Part shown: positions 37,562 to 44,402 of the stretch, one piece after another | How positions within the stretch are numbered: position 1 is the first letter of the stretch | Layout: every line of letters begins with the position of its first letter | From: Octopus bimaculoides | Lineage: Eukaryota | DNA length: 44,402 nt | Assembly (NCBI RefSeq): GCF_001194135.2 | Contig: NC_068987.1 | Location: 71,031,732 to 71,076,133 of the forward strand | Reading direction: 5' to 3' | Program-made: the position numbers and the translations under genes | The notes under the pieces: generated by a model | Seen by the model: the letters and a program-made list of their open reading frames with translations, nothing else | Told to the model about the DNA's origin: nothing | Databases searched by the model: none

Positions 37562-37790
37562 GAAGGCGCATGGCTTAGAGGTTAGTGTCTTGAGCTCATG
37601 ACCGCAAGATTGTGATTTCGATTCCTGGACCAGGGTATGCGATGTGTTCTTGAACAAAACACTTCATTTTACGTTGCTCCAGTCCACTCAGCTGCAGAAA
37701 TGAGATTAACCTGGAAAGGGATGGGCTCCACCACGCTTTCTCGCCCTAGATACGCTGCACCGCTCCAACGACTTCGAAGGGTTTAAGGGA
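37562..37790 (+). mobile_element. tRNA-derived CORE-type SINE (third family)
   Basis: A-box-like tggcttagaggttag, B-box-like gatttcgattcc, and ttgaacaaaacacttcattttacgttgctccagtccactcagctg. Confidence 0.75.
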
Positions 37791-39172
37791 GTTGTCGTTT
37801 GTTAACTCTGTACATACAGGACTAGCACAATCTACAGAAAATGTATTCGCAGCGCGAAAGTTTGTGCTCTGATTGCAGTACGTAGTCATACAATATCGAA
37901 TTATCATGTGGCAGTGAGGTATAATAAAATGCAATGAGGTTTTATATGTTAATGAAGAAAGACTGTGTTTATAAATACAGTTGATTTTTAGTATAATAAA
38001 ATGTGCCGTAAAGTGTGGTATAAAGATGCGCTATGGTGTAGGGCAACCGGAAAAGTTAGTAATGTGATACGATAGTTTAATTTAGTTTTGGGAAGTGATG
38101 CAGTGATAAAATATCCGCTTATGATGTAGCTGACAGTGTCAAGTAACGTGATAACGAACCGGAGCTATGAAAAATGCATCTGCTCAACAAGAATTGTAGT
38201 GTGACGAAACTGAAACCACATGAGGCGAGGCAAGCTATTTCACTAGAATGCCCTTCCTAGGTCCATAAATATGGGTCAAATTAAGTGTTGGCAGTATTAT
38301 CACACTAAATGGATTTCCAGTGAGCGTTCGGTCAGTTGTTTATTGTTTCCGAAGTATGAGATTAATTGATTCTTGATTTTAGGTTTCCAAATCTGCTTAT
38401 GAGTAAAGTTATTAAAAAAAACAAACTCTGAGACGAACACTGTGTCATGCTGAATATACTTCGGAATTGGCTTAAGATCACGTGTGACCGTGGAGCACTC
38501 AGCCGTTTCGCACACTAGGTCAATGATTAGGCTGTTAACTTGATAGAAAAACCGTAGGCTCGTGTATCGAAATAGACGGAAGAGTCAATCAATGAGATGT
38601 AATGTTGTAGTGTGAAAATATAATATAGTATAGCGTCCTGTAGGGAGGTAATAAAGTGTAATGTTGTTGGTGGTGTTGTCGTCGTCGTCGCTGCTGTTAA
38701 TTTCCGCGTCGTTACTGTTGTATTTGTTGCCTAGCAGTATGTCAAAGCTGAGCAAATTCTGTGATCAAAGGCATTCCTATAGCTAGCTACGACCATAACG
38801 CTTTATGTTTCAGACAGAAATGTCTCGAACTACATTATCTAATCTGTCAACCAATTCATAATTTAAGAAGGTTAGGGTGCGAGTTGGGTGGTTTTGTTGT
38901 TGTTTCCATTCGATCAAGCCACAACGCACAGGTAATTTCGTTCAACCATGAGGCGTAATGTACTTTAATGCTTCATATGTACTTTAGTGTGATATAAATG
39001 AAATCTACGTAGTGTACTTTAGTGTTCTAATATGGTATTCATGTGTATTCCGTTGCTTCCGTTGTTCTTGTTTAGCTTCAGGTCAGACTTGGGCACCTAG
39101 TTGGATATCTAAGTGGCTACTGTGTTATATGACAGGAATATGGCTGTTGTATCCAACATGCCGAATGATCAC

Positions 39173-39310
39173 ATATGAGGGGCATTCCAGAAATTTTGAG
39201 AATTATTCAGGAGAGATATTAATTTTAAGTTCCAAAATTCCAATCTCCTTCAATGTAAGATCCTCTGAATTCAAACCCCCTTTGTGGTAGCACTCCATCC
39301 ACTTCGTAAA
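39173..39310 (-). mobile_element. Mariner 3'-end relic with TIR
   Basis: tatgaggggcattccagaaa is a TIR-like end. The minus strand gives VLPQRGFEFRGSYIEGD, matching the mariner C-terminal G.YFEGD. Confidence 0.6.
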
Positions 39311-40869
39311 GAAACCATGGGAGTCGTGAAAATGAATGTGTCTTGGAACCTTGACACAGCCCCTGTATTTTCAATGTTTTGAAAATGACTGCCTTGAAAT
39401 ATTCCTTCTTAAATTGTCTCAGGTTGTAATCTCTTAAATATTGAAGATGAATTTGGAAATTATTGATGCTACATTTCAGAAGCCTGATTGTCTATCAAAG
39501 AACCTCCAGAGGTCACAACCAAAAACTCAAAGAGAAAAACTGACAAAAATATAAGACGTCTTTAAAAACAAAGTGCGCACGCTCACCAGTCTATATATGG
39601 ACATGTATGTATATATAAATAGCGAGTAAAAATAAATACAAAAAAAGGGGTTTTGTATGATTGTGTATAGNNNNNNNNNNNNNNNNNNNNNNNNNNNNNN
39701 NNNNNNNNNNNNNNNNNNNNNNNNNNNNNNNNNNNNNNNNNNNNNNNNNNNNNNNNNNNNNNNNNNNNNNNNNNNNNNNNNNNNNNNNNNNNNNNNNNNN
39801 NNNNNNNNNNNNNNNNNNNNNNNNNNNNNNNNNNNNNNNNNNNNNNNNNNNNNNNNNNNNNNNNNNNNNNNNNNNNNNNNNNNNNNNNNNNNNNNNNNNN
39901 NNNNNNNNNNNNNNNNNNNNNNNNNNNNNNNNNNNNNNNNNNNNNNNNNNNNNNNNNNNNNNNNNNNNNNNNNNNNNNNNNNNNNNNNNNNNNNNNNNNN
40001 NNNNNNNNNNNNNNNNNNNNNNNNNNNNNNNNNNNNNNNNNNNNNNNNNNNNNNNNNNNNNNNNNNNNNNNNNNNNNNNNNNNNNNNNNNNNNNNNNNNN
40101 NNNNNNNNNNNNNNNNNNNNNNNNNNNNNNNNNNNNNNNNNNNNNNNNNNNNNNNNNNNNNNNNNNNNNNNNNNNNNNNNNNNNNNNNNNNNNNNNNNNN
40201 NNNNNNNNNNNNNNNNNNNNNNNNNNNNNNNNNNNNNNNNNNNNNNNNNNNNNNNNNNNNNNNNNNNNNNNNNNNNNNNNNNNNNNNNNNNNNNNNNNNN
40301 NNNNNNNNNNNNNNNNNNNNNNNNNNNNNNNNNNNNNNNNNNNNNNNNNNNNNNNNNNNNNNNNNNNNNNNNNNNNNNNNNNNNNNNNNNNNNNNNNNNN
40401 NNNNNNNNNNNNNNNNNNNNNNNNNNNNNNNNNNNNNNNNNNNNNNNNNNNNNNNNNNNNNNNNNNNNNNNNNNNNNNNNNNNNNNNNNNNNNNNNNNNN
40501 NNNNNNNNNNNNNNNNNNNNNNNNNNNNNNNNNNNNNNNNNNNNNNNNNNNNNNNNNNNNNNNNNNNNNNNNNNNNNNNNNNNNNNNNNNNNNNNNNNNN
40601 NNNNNNNNNNNNNNNNTATATATGTATGTATGTATATATATTAATTAGCACACACTGTTTGAAATAAGTTAGACTGGTAGTTTTTCTGTAAGCCAGCTTA
40701 GATCTTGTGCCGCAACGATGACACATTCAGACACTGCTTTCAGACCTGAGCTTCTCAGCCACTGGTAATTTGTTGCTCGGTCGACATCACCATTTCCATT
40801 ATCATTTTTATGATTATTATTATTTTTATTACATGAAAACACAGCTCATTTTGCTGATTATGATGGAAA

Positions 40870-41215
40870 GTGTCACCTGTCCACAGTCAGCAGACTAAAG
40901 TAACACTTGTTTACTGGCCATGCTTCAATAACCCTACGAAGAAATTTTGCAGTTCCAAACATGCTGATTTTTTGTAGACGTACTACCTTCACATCTGCCC
41001 CGATTTCTGGTCGGGTGATCGCACTGAATCATTGCATGTCACAGGATTTTGCAATTTTCATCATCAGTAACTCCTTCTGGAGTTATAGCACATCTTTGCT
41101 CTTTGTAGGCCGTGATTTCCACAAAGCTCCCAATGGATCATTCTTGTCACATTTTCATGGCGTTGAACAAATTGTATTCGCGTTGTGCAAATTTCGGGCA
41201 TTCGCTATTATTATA
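40870..41215 (-). mobile_element. R4/Dong-like RLE-type LINE 3' fragment
   Basis: ECPKFAQREY/RHENVTRMIHWELCGNHGLQRAK...EGVTDDENCKIL*HAMIQCDH; after a deletion, LQKISMFGTAKFLRRVIE. Confidence 0.8.
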
Positions 41216-41229
41216 TATTATTGTTACAG

Positions 41230-41330
41230 TTTTTTTGGTGTCGATAAATTAAGTACCAGTTGCGTACTGGGGTTGATGAAATCGATTATATCTTCCCCAA
41301 AATTTCATGTATTGTGCTTATAGTAGAAAG
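41230..41330 (+). mobile_element. SINE 3' fragment (same family as 4615-5220)
   Basis: gtcgataaattaagtaccagttgcgtactggggttgat...gtgcttatagtagaaaggattatt. Confidence 0.75.
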
Positions 41331-41879
41331 GATTATTATTGTTGCTGTTGTTGTTATTGCTTTTATTGTGAAATATTGCTGAAAGAATTTGAGTACAGTT
41401 GAAGATTTTTTGTTTAAATGGCAAATAAAAAACCCTTAACTGGGAGAAGATAGGGACTGCTTAATTGTACCTTTTGGGGCGGGTAAATATTAACAACGTG
41501 AGTATTAACACCAACAGCAGCCGCAACAATGCCAACAATTTTCTTTTGTCTGGTGGCTATGGCTAAAGTGATTTTCGTGGCAGACGCGACCGAAAGACTG
41601 AAAGACACACAGCTTACCTTCTGGTCAAGTACTCATTGCGTTTTACGAGTTATACTTAGAAAGGAAAATGAGGGTTGAAAGGAATGTATTGTAAATATTT
41701 ATGAGATGTATAAATGTAACGAAAATAGCCCAATTCGAATCATGAGCTTCCCGGTTGAAAACTAAGGAGAAGAGAGGAAGACCTACCGTGGTTATAATTG
41801 TGAGTTGGCTGACTCGAATCTCGAGCAGGCAGAATCATTAGGACGCTGCGCAGAAAACATATTTAGAGCCATTTATAAC

Positions 41880-42026
41880 GGATTTTCGTTCAAATTTCAC
41901 CGAAGTCGATTTTGCCGTTCACTGTCTCGTGGTCGATAAAATAAGTACAAGTTACGTAATAGGACCGATGTAAGCAAACTAGATCCATCCCACAAAGTTT
42001 CAGGCCTTTTGCCTGTAGTAGAAAGG

Positions 42027-42082
<56 letters not shown>

Positions 42083-42085
42083 GAC
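41880..42085 (+). mobile_element. Diverged SINE (same family as 4615-5220) with expanded (TAC)n tail
   Basis: gttcaaatttcaccgaagtcgattttgcc...gtcgataaaataagtac...gcctgtagtagaaaggac(tac)n. Confidence 0.75.
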
Positions 42086-42393
42086 TTCTACGATTGAGTT
42101 AATCGACGTGAGGTTGTTGAACCTAAGTAATTTCTACTTGAGAGAATGGTACACCGAAAACCATTATGTCTTAAGAAATTTGCTTATGATCATTGCTCTG
42201 CCAGGCAACGTAGCTTTCTGCAGCAACTGCGTCTTACTTTCGATTTCTTGCCTACCTAAGTAGGCCTATCGTTCTTCGATACGTGACAAATCCACAATCT
42301 TCCGTTTCAGTACAACACTATGGTCCCTGTAAGTTGTTTTTTTAAATTATGTATATATGTGTGTATATGTATGTGTGTGTATATATATGTATG

Positions 42394-42409
42394 AGATCGG
42401 AAGAGCACA
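42394..42409 (+). other. Illumina TruSeq adapter contamination at a contig end
   Basis: AGATCGGAAGAGCACA immediately before an N gap. Confidence 0.95.
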
Positions 42410-43309
42410 NNNNNNNNNNNNNNNNNNNNNNNNNNNNNNNNNNNNNNNNNNNNNNNNNNNNNNNNNNNNNNNNNNNNNNNNNNNNNNNNNNNNNNNNNNN
42501 NNNNNNNNNNNNNNNNNNNNNNNNNNNNNNNNNNNNNNNNNNNNNNNNNNNNNNNNNNNNNNNNNNNNNNNNNNNNNNNNNNNNNNNNNNNNNNNNNNNN
42601 NNNNNNNNNNNNNNNNNNNNNNNNNNNNNNNNNNNNNNNNNNNNNNNNNNNNNNNNNNNNNNNNNNNNNNNNNNNNNNNNNNNNNNNNNNNNNNNNNNNN
42701 NNNNNNNNNNNNNNNNNNNNNNNNNNNNNNNNNNNNNNNNNNNNNNNNNNNNNNNNNNNNNNNNNNNNNNNNNNNNNNNNNNNNNNNNNNNNNNNNNNNN
42801 NNNNNNNNNNNNNNNNNNNNNNNNNNNNNNNNNNNNNNNNNNNNNNNNNNNNNNNNNNNNNNNNNNNNNNNNNNNNNNNNNNNNNNNNNNNNNNNNNNNN
42901 NNNNNNNNNNNNNNNNNNNNNNNNNNNNNNNNNNNNNNNNNNNNNNNNNNNNNNNNNNNNNNNNNNNNNNNNNNNNNNNNNNNNNNNNNNNNNNNNNNNN
43001 NNNNNNNNNNNNNNNNNNNNNNNNNNNNNNNNNNNNNNNNNNNNNNNNNNNNNNNNNNNNNNNNNNNNNNNNNNNNNNNNNNNNNNNNNNNNNNNNNNNN
43101 NNNNNNNNNNNNNNNNNNNNNNNNNNNNNNNNNNNNNNNNNNNNNNNNNNNNNNNNNNNNNNNNNNNNNNNNNNNNNNNNNNNNNNNNNNNNNNNNNNNN
43201 NAGAGATGCCTATAATAGGATATCTACCCGCTAGAAAGAGTAGCAAAAAACTCTATACCACAAAAATAGGGATAATTTTGAAAGAGAATGAAAAATAAAA
43301 ACATTTTTA

Positions 43310-43565
43310 CCAGTCTACACACTGTACCATGGTTTCAAGCTATTTAGCTAGATAAAATTATATCTAACTCCGGGGCTTTCATCAGCAGAGATCCGGATTA
43401 GCGTGTAAACACGAGCCAAGGAAAGAACCTGACTCAAGTTTACAAGCTTAATTTCTCAAAAATTAACCACGCATGTGCGCATTAACTAATCGGCAGTAAA
43501 TGTAAAACAAATGCCGATTTTCTTTAGCTAAATAGCTTGAAATCATGGTACAGAGTGTAGACTGG
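43310..43565. mobile_element. 256-bp foldback element, 41-bp inverted arms (39/41), TA on both sides
   Basis: TA-ccagtctacacactgtaccatggtttcaagctatttagcta ... tagctaaatagcttgaaatcatggtacagagtgtagactgg-TA. Confidence 0.92.
43320..43390 (-). ncRNA. Minimal type I hammerhead ribozyme with intact catalytic core
   Basis: The minus strand reads CTCTG-CTGATGA-AAGC-CCCGG-AGTTAGATA-TAATTT-TATCTAGCT-AAATA-GCTT-GAAAC-CATG-GTA-CAGTG. Core complete; stem II is 4 bp plus a 9-bp hairpin; ACCATGGT palindrome; stem I 4 of 5 bp. Predicted cleavage between 43325 and 43324. Confidence 0.85.
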
Positions 43566-43681
43566 TATATATATACACATAGATATGTAGATACATTTCT
43601 TTTATTAGCCACACAGGGCTCAACAAAGATGGGACAAATACAATGTAGAGCGTTTCTTTTTGGGAGGGTGAAGGAAAAAAA

Positions 43682-43692
43682 AGATAGATAGT

Positions 43693-43771
<79 letters not shown>

Positions 43772-43790
43772 GTAGGTAGATAGATAGATA
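43682..43790. repeat. (GATA)n microsatellite
   Basis: Read directly. Confidence 0.95.
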
Positions 43791-44134
43791 ATTTGTATGT
43801 GTGTGTGTGTATATGTATATATGTATGTATGTGTGTATGTGTATATGCAAATGATAACATAATCTGTACGTTTATGATCACCATAAACTTCTTCAAATGC
43901 TATTTCAGAAAGATCACGAATATATATTTATTGATAATATAGATTATATAAAACACTGCAGAATGCATTTTGATATTTGTTGTGTCGATATGTATTTTCC
44001 TTGACATAATTATTTTTAAAACATATCTTAGAATAATTTTCAGCGTTCCTTAATAATTTCAGGCACTGAATAGGAAACCTAATCTACAGAAAAAGGTACT
44101 GTAACATTTTTGAAACTGAGAACAACAGCGTCTA

Positions 44135-44181
44135 TAATAATGATGATGATAATAATGATAATGATAAAGATAATAGTAATG

Positions 44182-44218
<37 letters not shown>

Positions 44219-44402
44219 TAATAATAATAATAATAATTATTATTATTATTATTATGATGACAGCATCAACAATTATGTTATATATGTATATGTATAAATA
44301 TATGTATGTATGAATGTGTGCATGTATGTATGTATGTATGTATGTATGTATGTATGTATGTATGCATGTATGTATGTGTGTATGTCTATATATGTATGTA
44401 TA
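44135..44402. repeat. (AAT/GAT)n then (TATG)n microsatellites
   Basis: Read directly. Confidence 0.9.

Overview
AT-rich, microsatellite-dense animal genomic DNA with about 10 assembly gaps. The SINE families look like those of Octopus; this is inferred from my recollection of the repeat sequences. I found no confidently supported host protein-coding gene. Nearly all ORFs in the supplied track come from simple repeats or N-runs. The window is a transposon graveyard: a full-length intron-containing Tc1 pseudo-element (2531-4053), at least four mariner relics, Tc1/mariner MITEs, three tRNA-derived SINE families (one as a head-to-tail trimer), CR1-like and R4/Dong-like LINE fragments, and a Penelope-like (RT + GIY-YIG) element. 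The most interesting signal is three minimal type I hammerhead ribozyme motifs, each with a GUA cleavage triplet and a palindromic loop III. One (33954-34064) lies downstream of the Penelope-like ORF, where such ribozymes are expected. The other two (43320-43390, core intact; 19459-19525, decayed) sit inside small TA-flanked foldback elements that look like DNA-transposon MITEs. In both, the inverted arms consist of the ribozyme's own 3' half. An Illumina adapter is assembled at 42394-42409.
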